A stretch of 64,000 nt of DNA from Acidilobaceae archaeon (GTDB lineage: Archaea > Thermoproteota > Thermoprotei_A > Sulfolobales > Acidilobaceae), in contig JBCNVO010000044.1 of NCBI GenBank assembly GCA_039630105.1, forward strand, positions 9,304-73,303, written 5' to 3'. Positions 16,632 through 25,403 of the stretch are shown in pieces (position 1 is the stretch's first letter; each line of letters opens with the position of its first letter). Made by a program: the position numbers and the translations under genes. The notes beneath the pieces are model-generated. The model was given only the letters and a program-made list of their open reading frames with translations. It was not told the origin of the DNA and made no database searches.

Positions 16632-19286
16632 CTATTCGTAAGAGCCTAATATTTTGTCCAGGCTCCTCTGGCCCGTTATCTCCTCCCACTCCACTCCGAA
16701 AGACTCCAGTATCTGCTCGAAGGCAGTCCTCATGTGCTCCACGTACTTGCTGACGTCCACCTCGGAGAGCTTTGCAAGGCTTACGGGCTTTACTCCCACA
16801 GAGTCCTTCGTCTTCACGAAGGAGATTATGTTGCCCCTAGAGACGGGTATCCCCTCTGCCTGCAAGATCCTTGCTGCCTTCACGTGCTGCGGCGTGGTCT
16901 TCTTGTACCTCTCTGGATCCTTTGACAGCATGACCCTTATCGCTAGCTCGTCGAGAGTGTAGCCCCTGTTCTTCACCTTCTTGTACATCTCGAGCAACCT
17001 CTCCCTGATCTTCCCCAGCACCACGTAGGCGCTCTCAGGGTCCTCCAGCTCGCCCAGGACCTCCACCACCTTCCTGAACTCGTTCTTTATGAACTCTGGA
17101 GTGCTGCTCTTCTTGCCGACCATGCCCTTTATGATCACCTCCCCCTTCTCCGTCACGCCTATGTAGTTCTTCTTCAACCCTCCGAAGAGCACTACCTTGA
17201 ACCTCTTGTCTAGCTCGAGCTCCAGCCCGTACGTGTCTGCCACGTACTTGATCAGGAACTCCAGGTCCTCCCTCTTCGGGTCCCACACGAATATGCTGTC
17301 TGTGTCTCCATAGATTATGTAGAGAGACCTCTTCCCTGCCACCTTCAGTGTGTCTGTGAGCACTGTCCTGCCTATGGCAGTGACGCTCTCTGCCACGGAG
17401 AGGCTGTAGAACGGGAACGCCTCGTTTCCGAAGACGCCGTAGCTAGCATTAATGTAGACCTTGAGGGCAGACTGGACAGCATCGTACCACCTCCTCTGCT
17501 CCTCTGGCAGGCTGCTGTCCTTTGCCCTCTTCTTGTATACCTTCACCCTGAACTCCCTGAGTAGGCCCACGATCTCGCTCGTGATCCCCCTGAAGTCAGT
17601 GCAGACCTCGTAGCCTACCTCAGGGATCTTCCTCCTCTCTTCACACCTAGGGTTCTCTATCGTCTCGTAGCTGAGGTTCCAGTTCTTGACTATCGAGGGG
17701 TACAGGCTGGCATAGTCGAGGACAGCCACGTTGAAGAAAAGGCCAGTAGGCGGCTCTAGGACTATGGCTCCCCTGTACCTCTTGTCCTTTATCGTGGCCC
17801 TGCTCCTCGCCTCCCCCGCGCTCAGCTCCTCCCTGCTAGGGATGAGCCACCCCCTCCTCCTGTGCTCCCAGTTCATGAGCCCCCTGATCCAGGCGGACAC
17901 TTGGTGCCTCGTGACGTCCTCCAGCCCAAGCTTGCTTATCCTCATAACCATGATTATGAGGTTCCAGACCAGGTCGTTCGAGAACGTGGTCAGGTCCCTC
18001 GTTATCATAGCATCTCTAGCATTGTACTCTATCAGCTTGCTCAGGCTGACCCTGGAGACTATCTCGTCCAGCTTCACCTTGCTCACGCCTAGCAGAGCTT
18101 CTGCCACGCTCTCCAGCCTGAGCTCCCTGTAGCTCCCTCCGAAAGCGTAGACCTGGAGGGCCTTTATGCCGAAGAGCTTGTGCAGGTCCACGTGGAGGGA
18201 GTGCCTGAAAGTGATCATATCCTCGTGGACCTCCATAGGTATGTGGAGCTCCTCTACCCCTAGGCTCAACATTCTGTTGTAGAGGTAAGGTAGATCGAAG
18301 GCGTCGCCGTTGAAGGTGAGGATCACCGGGTACTTCTCCAGCTCCCTCATGAGCTCGAGGAGCATAGCTCTCTCTGAGTCGAAGACCTCCACCTCTGCTA
18401 CCTCCCTCGGTATCTCCCCTCCCAACCTGACCCCCTCCCTGTGCAGGGCTAGCACCTTTACCCTGCCCTCGTTGTCTGCTATGGCAACGCTGATGACAGG
18501 GTATGGTGCTTTCTCAGGATCTGGAACCTTCCCTGCCTCAGGAGTGTAAACCTCTACGTCTATAGCAGCCCTCCTGACCTTCGGCGGCCTCTGCTCGAAG
18601 AGGTAAGCTAGTTCCCTCGTCATCTCAGAGTACTCCTTCGACTCGCCTTCTGCCATGCTCATCACGCTAGAGAGGAACGCTGGGTCTATGTCCCAGCCAG
18701 ACCTCTCCGTCTTCCTCGCTGCCCTGTACCTCATGCCCGGCACGAGCAAGTTGTCGAATATGTAGTTGTGATGGTACCTTATGTCTGCCTCCCAGAACTT
18801 GAAGCCCTTGTCCCCCACAATGCCCCTGAGCCTCCTCACTGCCAGCGGGTTGTCTACTATGATCTTGGTGAGCCTTGCCCTCTCCCTCCTTATTGAGCGG
18901 AACTTGCTCACTATGTCCATTTGCACTATGAGCTCGCTGTCCTCTGCGCTCATGCCGAGCCTCTGGAGGTCCTCTGGGGCTGCGTCTGTGAGGAAGTAAG
19001 GCTTGTGATCCGTCCTGTCCACCCACCTCACCATCTTCCCCTCGTCGCTCACGAGGAAGGCTACTGCTCTGTTCAGCCTCCCGTCATACCTTACGTCTAG
19101 CAGGTAACCCTCTACCTCTCCGCTGCCGTTAACCACCTCTCCGAGAGACCAGGAGCGGGAGGTCCTTTCTGCTTTCACCTCTCTCAGCCTGTCCTCATAT
19201 GAGAAGCTCTCGAAGATGTTCTTTACTCTTTCCCTCACGTCATATTCCATGTACTCGTCCAGCGTCCTGCTGTTCCTCCTGTTCAC
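16632..19286 (-). CDS. polB: family-B DNA polymerase (crenarchaeal PolB1/Dpo1-like)
   Basis: 884 aa. Exo I AAIDVEV, Pol A DYASLYPSI, Pol C YGDTDS, KKxY-type motif KKNYIG. Confidence 0.95.
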   Translation of the reverse strand: MNRRNSRTLDEYMEYDVRERVKNIFESFSYEDRLREVKAERTSRSWSLGEVVNGSGEVEGYLLDVRYDGRLNRAVAFLVSDEGKMVRWVDRTDHKPYFLTDAAPEDLQRLGMSAEDSELIVQMDIVSKFRSIRRERARLTKIIVDNPLAVRRLRGIVGDKGFKFWEADIRYHHNYIFDNLLVPGMRYRAARKTERSGWDIDPAFLSSVMSMAEGESKEYSEMTRELAYLFEQRPPKVRRAAIDVEVYTPEAGKVPDPEKAPYPVISVAIADNEGRVKVLALHREGVRLGGEIPREVAEVEVFDSERAMLLELMRELEKYPVILTFNGDAFDLPYLYNRMLSLGVEELHIPMEVHEDMITFRHSLHVDLHKLFGIKALQVYAFGGSYRELRLESVAEALLGVSKVKLDEIVSRVSLSKLIEYNARDAMITRDLTTFSNDLVWNLIIMVMRISKLGLEDVTRHQVSAWIRGLMNWEHRRRGWLIPSREELSAGEARSRATIKDKRYRGAIVLEPPTGLFFNVAVLDYASLYPSIVKNWNLSYETIENPRCEERRKIPEVGYEVCTDFRGITSEIVGLLREFRVKVYKKRAKDSSLPEEQRRWYDAVQSALKVYINASYGVFGNEAFPFYSLSVAESVTAIGRTVLTDTLKVAGKRSLYIIYGDTDSIFVWDPKREDLEFLIKYVADTYGLELELDKRFKVVLFGGLKKNYIGVTEKGEVIIKGMVGKKSSTPEFIKNEFRKVVEVLGELEDPESAYVVLGKIRERLLEMYKKVKNRGYTLDELAIRVMLSKDPERYKKTTPQHVKAARILQAEGIPVSRGNIISFVKTKDSVGVKPVSLAKLSEVDVSKYVEHMRTAFEQILESFGVEWEEITGQRSLDKILGSYE

Positions 19287-19304
19287 CCCATGCCCTAAAC
19301 CCTA

Positions 19305-19721
19305 TTGAGACAGCGCAGCGTATTAGGGGGGTCCTGCGGCACGCTGCCTGTGTCAGGTATTTACCTCACTATTATACCCTTGCTTGCACGTGGCTGGCGG
19401 TGCAAAGGCTTGGCAATAGGGCAGGTCCTCGGCTACGCTGGCGGCGCTCTGGCTGTAGTTTCTGGCATTGTGAGCATTACCCTGCAGAAGCCCCTCATAT
19501 CGGTGCTGACTGGCATAAGCCTTGGCTTCATACCTGCGAGCCTCCTCCCCGTACTGGGAGGCATCGGCATTATAGGTGGGCTCATGGCCCTCTATTTCTC
19601 CTACGCCAGAGCTCCCTTGTACGTCATGATCGGGGGGATCCTGGGCTTGGCCCCGCCCTGCGGCCTCTCAGTACTTGCCATTATAGGCGGCTACCTCATG
19701 ATGCGGGAGAAATCAGGTTAA
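19305..19721 (+). CDS. small integral membrane protein (3-4 TM helices), function unknown
   Basis: Hydrophobic, Gly-rich ORF. The real start is probably the in-frame TTG at 19410, about 33 nt downstream of a TATTATA element at 19371-19377. Confidence 0.45.
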   Translation: MRQRSVLGGSCGTLPVSGIYLTIIPLLARGWRCKGLAIGQVLGYAGGALAVVSGIVSITLQKPLISVLTGISLGFIPASLLPVLGGIGIIGGLMALYFSYARAPLYVMIGGILGLAPPCGLSVLAIIGGYLMMREKSG

Positions 19722-20772
19722 GTAGCACAGTAGTGAACACTTTTTCGTGCTCGTCGTAGTCCACCTTTTTGAGCAGCGCGTCAGCCATAGCTAGGGAGGC
19801 CAGTGCTATGATTGTCCCCATGGCCCTGCTCCCCAGCAGAGCCCTTGCCAGTACGTACTGCCTCCTCAGCCTGTTCGCCACGTGCTCCAGCGAGAGGGCT
19901 ATGGAGCTGTTGAGGTCCCCGCTCCTCTCGAAGCTCCTGAGGGACAGCTCTGCAGCTAGGGAGTTGGGGTAGAGGCCTCCGCCCGTGAGGGGCTTCGTGA
20001 GGCCTGCCGCGTCTCCCACTACATGCACAGAGCCTGAACTCAGCCTCTCCCCAGGCGGTCCCACTAGGACAGGCCCTCCGTAAACCCTCCTCCTCTCCCC
20101 CAGCCTGAAGGCCCTCTCGAGCTTCGCCAGAGACTGCCTGAGGATCGCAGCGCTGCTCGCAGCGAGCCCCGCCACTATCAAGTCTCTGGCCCCAAGCACC
20201 CAGGAGAAGAAGCCTGGCGATATGCTTTCGTCGAACACCACTAGGACCTCCCTCAGCCCCCTGCGGTTAGGGTACTCTGCGTTCACCCCCCTGAGGGGCC
20301 TCCCCGTAAAGCCCAGGGAGAGCTGTTTCCTGAGAGAGCCTGCATGCCCCTCTGCCAGGATCACTGTGTCGTACTGAAAGCGTAGGCTCCCCACCTCCAG
20401 GGCCCCGCTGCTCAGCACGCGGCTCACCCTCTCCCCCCTGAACTTCAGGCCGAGGGAGAGGGCTTCCTCGAGCATGAGCTCCTCCAGCCTCGTCCTGTCT
20501 AGCTTGTATATCTTCCCCTTCACCTCCACCTGCAGCCGCCTCCTCCCTCCCATGAGGTAGAGCCCCCGGTAGGAGCTGACTGCGCTCTTCCAGGCAGGGC
20601 TGCCTATCAGCTTCATGACCCTCTCTGAGACTATGCCTGTGCAGTGGGGCGGATACCCTACTCTCCCGTGCTCCTCGTAAAGAGTAACGTCTATGCCTGC
20701 CCTCAGCAGCTTGAGGGAGAACATGAGGCCTGCAAACCCTCCTCCTACGATCGCTGCCTTCAGCCCGCCCAC
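19696..20772 (-). CDS. FAD-dependent oxidoreductase, geranylgeranyl-reductase / FixC-like family
   Basis: GTG start. N-terminal dinucleotide fold AAIVGGGFAGL...LYEE, and a GD motif VHVVGDAAGLTKPLTGGG. Divergent from etfBA. Confidence 0.75.
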   Translation of the reverse strand: MGGLKAAIVGGGFAGLMFSLKLLRAGIDVTLYEEHGRVGYPPHCTGIVSERVMKLIGSPAWKSAVSSYRGLYLMGGRRRLQVEVKGKIYKLDRTRLEELMLEEALSLGLKFRGERVSRVLSSGALEVGSLRFQYDTVILAEGHAGSLRKQLSLGFTGRPLRGVNAEYPNRRGLREVLVVFDESISPGFFSWVLGARDLIVAGLAASSAAILRQSLAKLERAFRLGERRRVYGGPVLVGPPGERLSSGSVHVVGDAAGLTKPLTGGGLYPNSLAAELSLRSFERSGDLNSSIALSLEHVANRLRRQYVLARALLGSRAMGTIIALASLAMADALLKKVDYDEHEKVFTTVLLNLISPAS

Positions 20773-20803
20773 CTTCCATGTTATCTTTTTTAAGTATTCT
20801 TAC

Positions 20804-20811
20804 TTATAAAA
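20804..20811 (+). promoter_or_regulatory. TATA-like box (TTATAAAA) upstream of etfB
   Basis: Lies 16-23 nt upstream of the ATG at 20827, in a 54-nt A/T-rich divergent gap. A second A/T tract (TTTTTTAAG, 20786-20794) faces the minus-strand gene. Confidence 0.5.
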
Positions 20812-20826
20812 CCAGAGGAGAGCTGC

Positions 20827-21627
20827 ATGAAGGACGTGGCTGTGCTCGTGAAGGCCTCCCTTAACCCAGAGATCGTTAGACAAGCCTCCGACGGGAGGTT
20901 CGACATAGACTACACGCCCCTGAAGATCTCTGACATAGACAGGAACGCCCTCGAGGAGGCAGCGAGGCTGAAAGGCATGCTGGGCGGGAAAGTGTACGCG
21001 ATCTCTGTCCTCAGCTGGGGCCCTGTGAGGGCAAGGGACAAGGACGTGAAGTTGGCTGTGCAGGAAGCATTGGCGAAGGCAGCAGACGAGGCCTACCTAG
21101 TGGAGGACGAGGATCTCCTCCCCACAGACCAGTCAACAGTTGCCAGCGCCATAGCTGCACTTATGAAGAGCAAGGGGCTGAGGCCGCTCATAGTGCTAGC
21201 TGGAGAGGCGAGCGTTGACGAATCTACCTCCCAGGTGCCTGCAAGGGTGGCAGCAAAGCTGGGCTACGCCTTCGTAGGCCACGTGAACAAGATAATGGAG
21301 GTAAAGGGGGACAGAGCAGTCGTGGAGAGGGACGTGGAGGAGTACACAGAGGTCCTGGAGGTCCCCCTGCCTGTAGTGATCAGCGTCACCCAGAGCATGA
21401 ACGAGCCGAAGCCCCCCACCCTTATCCAGATAAGGATGGCCTCGAGGAAGCCCCTCTACGTCCTCAGCACCAAGGACATAGGCCTGACCTCCAGGCCTGC
21501 GAGGAGCATTGAGGAGATGAAGGTGGTCACCACCAGCAGGAAACAGGTGGTCATAGAGGAGGCTAACGTGGAGAAGGCTGTGGAGAAGCTCCTCGAGCTC
21601 CTGCAGAAGGAGGGGGTGTTGAGGTGA
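20827..21627 (+). CDS. etfB: electron transfer flavoprotein beta subunit
   Basis: 266 aa with an EtfB/FixA-like layout. 4-nt overlap with etfA. Confidence 0.85.
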   Translation: MKDVAVLVKASLNPEIVRQASDGRFDIDYTPLKISDIDRNALEEAARLKGMLGGKVYAISVLSWGPVRARDKDVKLAVQEALAKAADEAYLVEDEDLLPTDQSTVASAIAALMKSKGLRPLIVLAGEASVDESTSQVPARVAAKLGYAFVGHVNKIMEVKGDRAVVERDVEEYTEVLEVPLPVVISVTQSMNEPKPPTLIQIRMASRKPLYVLSTKDIGLTSRPARSIEEMKVVTTSRKQVVIEEANVEKAVEKLLELLQKEGVLR

Positions 21628-22529
21628 GCCCCATGATCATGGTGGTCTCCCAAGCCCCTGAGGACGTGGGGGAGCTCCTAGCTGTAGCTAGGAAGCTGGG
21701 GGAGCCATTCGTCCTTGCCTTCCAGAGCTCTGCAGAGAGAGCAGATGAGGTGGCAGCATATGGACACAAGGTGTTCACGCTCATGAGCGACAGGCCTGAG
21801 GCCCTCTTCGCTGCAGCAAACAACCTCTATGCTGAGCTCAAGCCTCAGCTCATCATAGGGCCCTCCACGAAGAACGTGAGGGACGCGCTGGCCCTCCTTG
21901 CAGGCCTTCACGACCTCCCGCTGGCTTCTGAGGTAACGGGAGTGAGGGACGAGGGCTCCCACGTGAGCTACTCCAGGGGCTTCATGAGCGAGAGAGTGAT
22001 CATGACTGCCAAGGTCCCCAAGCCTGCCGTCCTCCTGCTTAAGCAGAAGGTAGCAGAGCCTGCAGAGAGGAGAGGGAAAGGGGAAATTGTGGAGGTGAGG
22101 GCAGATCCGCAGGGCGTGAAGTTGCTGGAGAAGAGGCCTAAGGAGTTCTCTGGCGTGAAGATCGAGGACGCAGAGGTTGTGGTGGGGGTAGGGAGGGGCT
22201 TCAGGAGCAAGGAGGACATAAGGCTAGCCCAAGAGCTGGCAAAGGCCCTCGGGGGCCAGGTGGGAGCTACGAGGCCCGTTGCGACAGATCTGAAGTGGCT
22301 TCCGGAGGACGTGTGGATAGGAATAAGCGGCAAGAGGATAGCTCCAAAGCTGTACTTTGCTGTGGGGGTGAGCGGTGCTCCCCAGCACATGGCTGGGGTA
22401 TCTGACGCGAAAGTGATAGTAGCTATAAACAAGGACAAGACTGCCCCGATATTCAAGTATGCAGACTACGGCATAGTCGGAGACCTGTACAAGGTGCTGC
22501 CAGTGCTCGTCGCTAAGCTCAAGAGGTAG
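21624..22529 (+). CDS. etfA: electron transfer flavoprotein alpha subunit
   Basis: 301 aa. FAD-binding C-terminal block PKLYFAVGVSGAPQHMAG...VIVAINKD. Confidence 0.9.
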   Translation: MSPMIMVVSQAPEDVGELLAVARKLGEPFVLAFQSSAERADEVAAYGHKVFTLMSDRPEALFAAANNLYAELKPQLIIGPSTKNVRDALALLAGLHDLPLASEVTGVRDEGSHVSYSRGFMSERVIMTAKVPKPAVLLLKQKVAEPAERRGKGEIVEVRADPQGVKLLEKRPKEFSGVKIEDAEVVVGVGRGFRSKEDIRLAQELAKALGGQVGATRPVATDLKWLPEDVWIGISGKRIAPKLYFAVGVSGAPQHMAGVSDAKVIVAINKDKTAPIFKYADYGIVGDLYKVLPVLVAKLKR

Positions 22530-22534
22530 TGACG

Positions 22535-22541
22535 TTTTAAA
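22535..22541 (+). promoter_or_regulatory. TATA-like box (TTTTAAA) upstream of the PCNA gene
   Basis: Lies 33 nt upstream of the TTG at 22575 in a 45-nt gap. Confidence 0.4.
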
Positions 22542-22574
22542 CCTCTTTTCTAAACCTAGAACCTGGGAGGACTG

Positions 22575-23315
22575 TTGAGACTGTTTTATGACAGGGCAGA
22601 GAGGTTCAAGCACCTGACCTATGCTCTGTCGAGGCTCAACGACGAGGTGTTCCTGGAGGCAAACAAGGAAGGGGTGAGGTTCTGGCTAATGAGTCCGGAC
22701 AAGACCTCAATGGCATACATATACCTCCCATACCATGCCTTCTCAGAGTTCAAGGTGCCCGTCGAGACTGTCCTCTCCCTCTCCACGGACGAGCTCGACA
22801 AGGTGATGAGGAGGGCAGCTAGGAACGACCAGCTCCTGGTAGAGGACAGGGGGGAGACCCTTGACCTCGTTCTCGTGAGCAAGAGGGAGGGGATAGAGAG
22901 GCGCTTCTCCCTCTCAGCCTCCAGGAGGGAGGAGAGGTTCAGGGACCTCAGGATGAAGCCGACTGCAGAGTTCACGATGAACTCCGAGGACTTCAGGACC
23001 CTTCTGAGCGACGTGAAGCTCGTGAGCGACAGCATAACCCTCAGGGCAGAGGAGGGACAGGTGATTGCTATGGCCAGGGGCGAGGAGAAAAGTTACGTGT
23101 GGGTGCTGAAGGAGGGCGACCCTCTGCTCAGCCTTAGCGTTCGCGAGCCGGCAGAGGCCTCGTACTCCAGGAGTGCTCTAGAGGTAGCCTTGAGGCCTGC
23201 CGCAGCGTCGCGGGAGATCAGGATAAGCTATGCCACAGAACACCCTATGAAAATGAGCTTTGCTGTTCAGGGAGAAGAAATAATGGTAATTTACGTAGCC
23301 CCGCTGGCGGAGTAG
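22575..23315 (+). CDS. pcn: DNA polymerase sliding clamp (PCNA)
   Basis: 246 aa with a TTG start. Two-domain PCNA-like repeat pattern and a C-terminal YVAPLAE tail resembling the archaeal PCNA end (yLAPrie). Confidence 0.7.
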   Translation: MRLFYDRAERFKHLTYALSRLNDEVFLEANKEGVRFWLMSPDKTSMAYIYLPYHAFSEFKVPVETVLSLSTDELDKVMRRAARNDQLLVEDRGETLDLVLVSKREGIERRFSLSASRREERFRDLRMKPTAEFTMNSEDFRTLLSDVKLVSDSITLRAEEGQVIAMARGEEKSYVWVLKEGDPLLSLSVREPAEASYSRSALEVALRPAAASREIRISYATEHPMKMSFAVQGEEIMVIYVAPLAE

Positions 23316-23317
23316 CC

Positions 23318-24937
23318 ATGAACAAGGTAGTAAACGTTGAGGAGGCGCTGGCAGGCATAAGGGACAGGACAGTAGTAGCGATCTCTGGCTTCAATGTGGC
23401 TGTGCTGCCAGAGTACCTGCTCCTGAAGCTGTACGAGAAGTACAAGAAGACAGGTCACCCCAAGGACCTGTTCCTCATAGCAGAGGCCTTCCCTGGAGCG
23501 CCTGGGAGGGGCATGGACTACATAGCCAGGGACATGATGAACACTGGCGACTTCGGCTTCCTGAGGGGCCTCCTCTTCCCCTTCTACGGCTTCAGCGAAG
23601 TCCTCCAGAAGATGATCCTTGAGAACATAGTAGAGGCCTACTCCTGGGGCCTTGGCATACTGTCCTACTGGTTCAGGGAAGTGGGGAGCGGCAGGCCAGG
23701 GGTGCTCACGAAGGTAGGGCTGGGCACCATCTTCGACCCGAGGAGGGAGGGAGGTGCCCTGAACGAGCTGGCGAGGAAGAGGAGGAGCGCGACAGTGGAG
23801 ATAGTTTACGTGGGGGACGAGAAGTACCTCCTGTACAGGGCTCCCAAACCTGAAGTGGCCTTAGTTAGGGGGACCACTGCTGACGAGATCGGGAACCTCA
23901 CGATGGAGGACGAGGCTGTATATGGCACTGCCCTCAACATAGTGCAGGCTGCAAAGGCCCTGCCCAGCAAGGGGATAGCAATTGCCCAGGTGCTGAGGCT
24001 GGCCAGGTTCGGCAGCCTGAGGCCTCAGTACGTAGTGATCCCTGGTCCTCTCATAGACTACGTCGTCGTGGCCCCCAAAGAGTACCACAAGCAGACGGCG
24101 AACATAGACTATGACCCCGTAGTGTCGGGCAGGATCATACCTCCAGAGTGGCAGCCACGGGAGCCTGTTCCTCTGGACGTGAGGAAGGTCATTGCAAGGA
24201 GGGTGCTCCTGGAGCTGGTGGAGGTAGTGAAGGAGAGCAAGAGGCCCATTATAATAAACCTCGGCATAGGGATCCCAGCAGAGGTATCTAACATAATAGC
24301 GGAGGAGAGGCTCTCTGAGTACATTTACTCCACTGTCGAGTCCGGCCCCTGGGGAGGGGTGTCGCTCCTTGGCCCCGACTTCGGGGCAGTGAGGGGGCCT
24401 TTTGCCATACTCTCCATGCCAGACCAGTTCAGTCTGTATGAGGGCGGAATCATAGACGCTGCCTCGCTGGGCTTCCTGCAGGTGGACGAGGAGGGCAACG
24501 TGAACCCCTCCATGTTGCCAGGCAGGATGCCTGGGCCAGGAGGCTTCCCTGTGATAGCCGATGGGGCGCCCAGGCTCATATTTGCTGGGGAGTTCAGCGC
24601 TGGCAACAGGGAAATATTCGTAAGGGACCGGCAGATCAAGATAGAGAGAGACGGCAACATCGCGAAGTTCGTCAAGAGGGTCTACAAGGTCATCTGGAAC
24701 GGGAGGGAGGGGCTGAAGAGGGGGCAGAAGGTGCTGTACGTTACGGAGAGGGCTGTCTTCAGGCTCACGCAGGAGGGCCTCGAACTCATAGAGGTAGCTC
24801 CAGGAGTGGACGTGGAGGAGCATATACTGAGCAAGATGGAGTTCAAGCCTGTGGTGAAGGAGTACGAGCTGATGGACAAGAGGCTCTTCGACGAGGAGTC
24901 CATAAAGCTCTTGGCAGAGCTGAGGGGGAGCCTCTGA
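23318..24937 (+). CDS. acyl-CoA:acetate / 3-ketoacid CoA-transferase (fused alpha-beta, YdiF-like)
   Basis: 539 aa. N-terminal family-I CoA-transferase fold (VAISGFN), a second half with the conserved glutamate region STVESGPWGG, and GxGGF (GPGGFPV). Confidence 0.8.
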   Translation: MNKVVNVEEALAGIRDRTVVAISGFNVAVLPEYLLLKLYEKYKKTGHPKDLFLIAEAFPGAPGRGMDYIARDMMNTGDFGFLRGLLFPFYGFSEVLQKMILENIVEAYSWGLGILSYWFREVGSGRPGVLTKVGLGTIFDPRREGGALNELARKRRSATVEIVYVGDEKYLLYRAPKPEVALVRGTTADEIGNLTMEDEAVYGTALNIVQAAKALPSKGIAIAQVLRLARFGSLRPQYVVIPGPLIDYVVVAPKEYHKQTANIDYDPVVSGRIIPPEWQPREPVPLDVRKVIARRVLLELVEVVKESKRPIIINLGIGIPAEVSNIIAEERLSEYIYSTVESGPWGGVSLLGPDFGAVRGPFAILSMPDQFSLYEGGIIDAASLGFLQVDEEGNVNPSMLPGRMPGPGGFPVIADGAPRLIFAGEFSAGNREIFVRDRQIKIERDGNIAKFVKRVYKVIWNGREGLKRGQKVLYVTERAVFRLTQEGLELIEVAPGVDVEEHILSKMEFKPVVKEYELMDKRLFDEESIKLLAELRGSL

Positions 24938-24984
24938 GGGGAGTCTATGCCCTCCTCCTCTTTCTCTGCGACTCCTCCCTGAGA

Positions 24985-25380
24985 GTGGGCTCCCTCGGCA
25001 CCCTCCACTTCCCCCCAGGTCTTTACCTGTACGTGGGGAGCGCCAGAGGGCCGGGAGGGGTAATGGCCAGGGTTTCGCGTCACCTGAGGAAAGAGAAGGC
25101 CTTGCGCTGGCACATAGACTACCTGACCTCACCCGACTGCTCCCGCCCTATCTTCGTGGCAACAGCAGAGAGCCCCTTTGACGCAGAGGAGAAATTGGCT
25201 GCAGAGCTTGAGAGCTCCCCCTGCTTCTCCCCGTCCTACAGGGGCTTTGGCTCCAGCGACAAGAGGAGCAGGACCCACCTCTTCCGCTGCGAGTGCAGCC
25301 TTGAGAGCTGCGCTATGGAGGTCCTGGGCGCTATGAGTAGGGCAGGGCTGAGAGGAGATCTCCATTTATTTAGCCGCTGA
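24985..25380 (+). CDS. DUF123 / GIY-YIG-superfamily (Uri-like) protein; true start probably upstream near 24934
   Basis: GLYLYVGSARG...RVSRHLRKEKALRWHIDYL matches my recollection of DUF123. The coordinates given run from the first canonical start (GTG). The in-frame upstream residues GVYALLLFLCDSSLR also match the family N-terminus (see finding). Confidence 0.7.
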   Translation: MGSLGTLHFPPGLYLYVGSARGPGGVMARVSRHLRKEKALRWHIDYLTSPDCSRPIFVATAESPFDAEEKLAAELESSPCFSPSYRGFGSSDKRSRTHLFRCECSLESCAMEVLGAMSRAGLRGDLHLFSR

Positions 25381-25403
25381 CCTCCCCTACGTGGGCGAAA
25401 CCC

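Noticed and set aside
19309-19354. Imperfect hairpin (GACAGCGCAGCG ... CGCTGCCTGTGTC) in the region upstream of polB.
   Set aside because: The stem is interrupted and the loop is long. In DNA of this G+C content such pairings arise easily. There is no supporting conservation or motif, and it may lie within the 5' part of the small membrane ORF.
23861-25132. 423-aa ORF on the minus strand antisense to the CoA-transferase gene. Similar long antisense or alternative-frame ORFs occur at 44973-46127, 31296-32069, 15735-16514, 39664-40287 and 47945-48685.
   Set aside because: These are shadow ORFs typical of G+C-rich DNA. Their translations are low-complexity (P/R/G/S/L-rich) with no motifs. The opposite or alternative frame carries strong, full-length family signatures.
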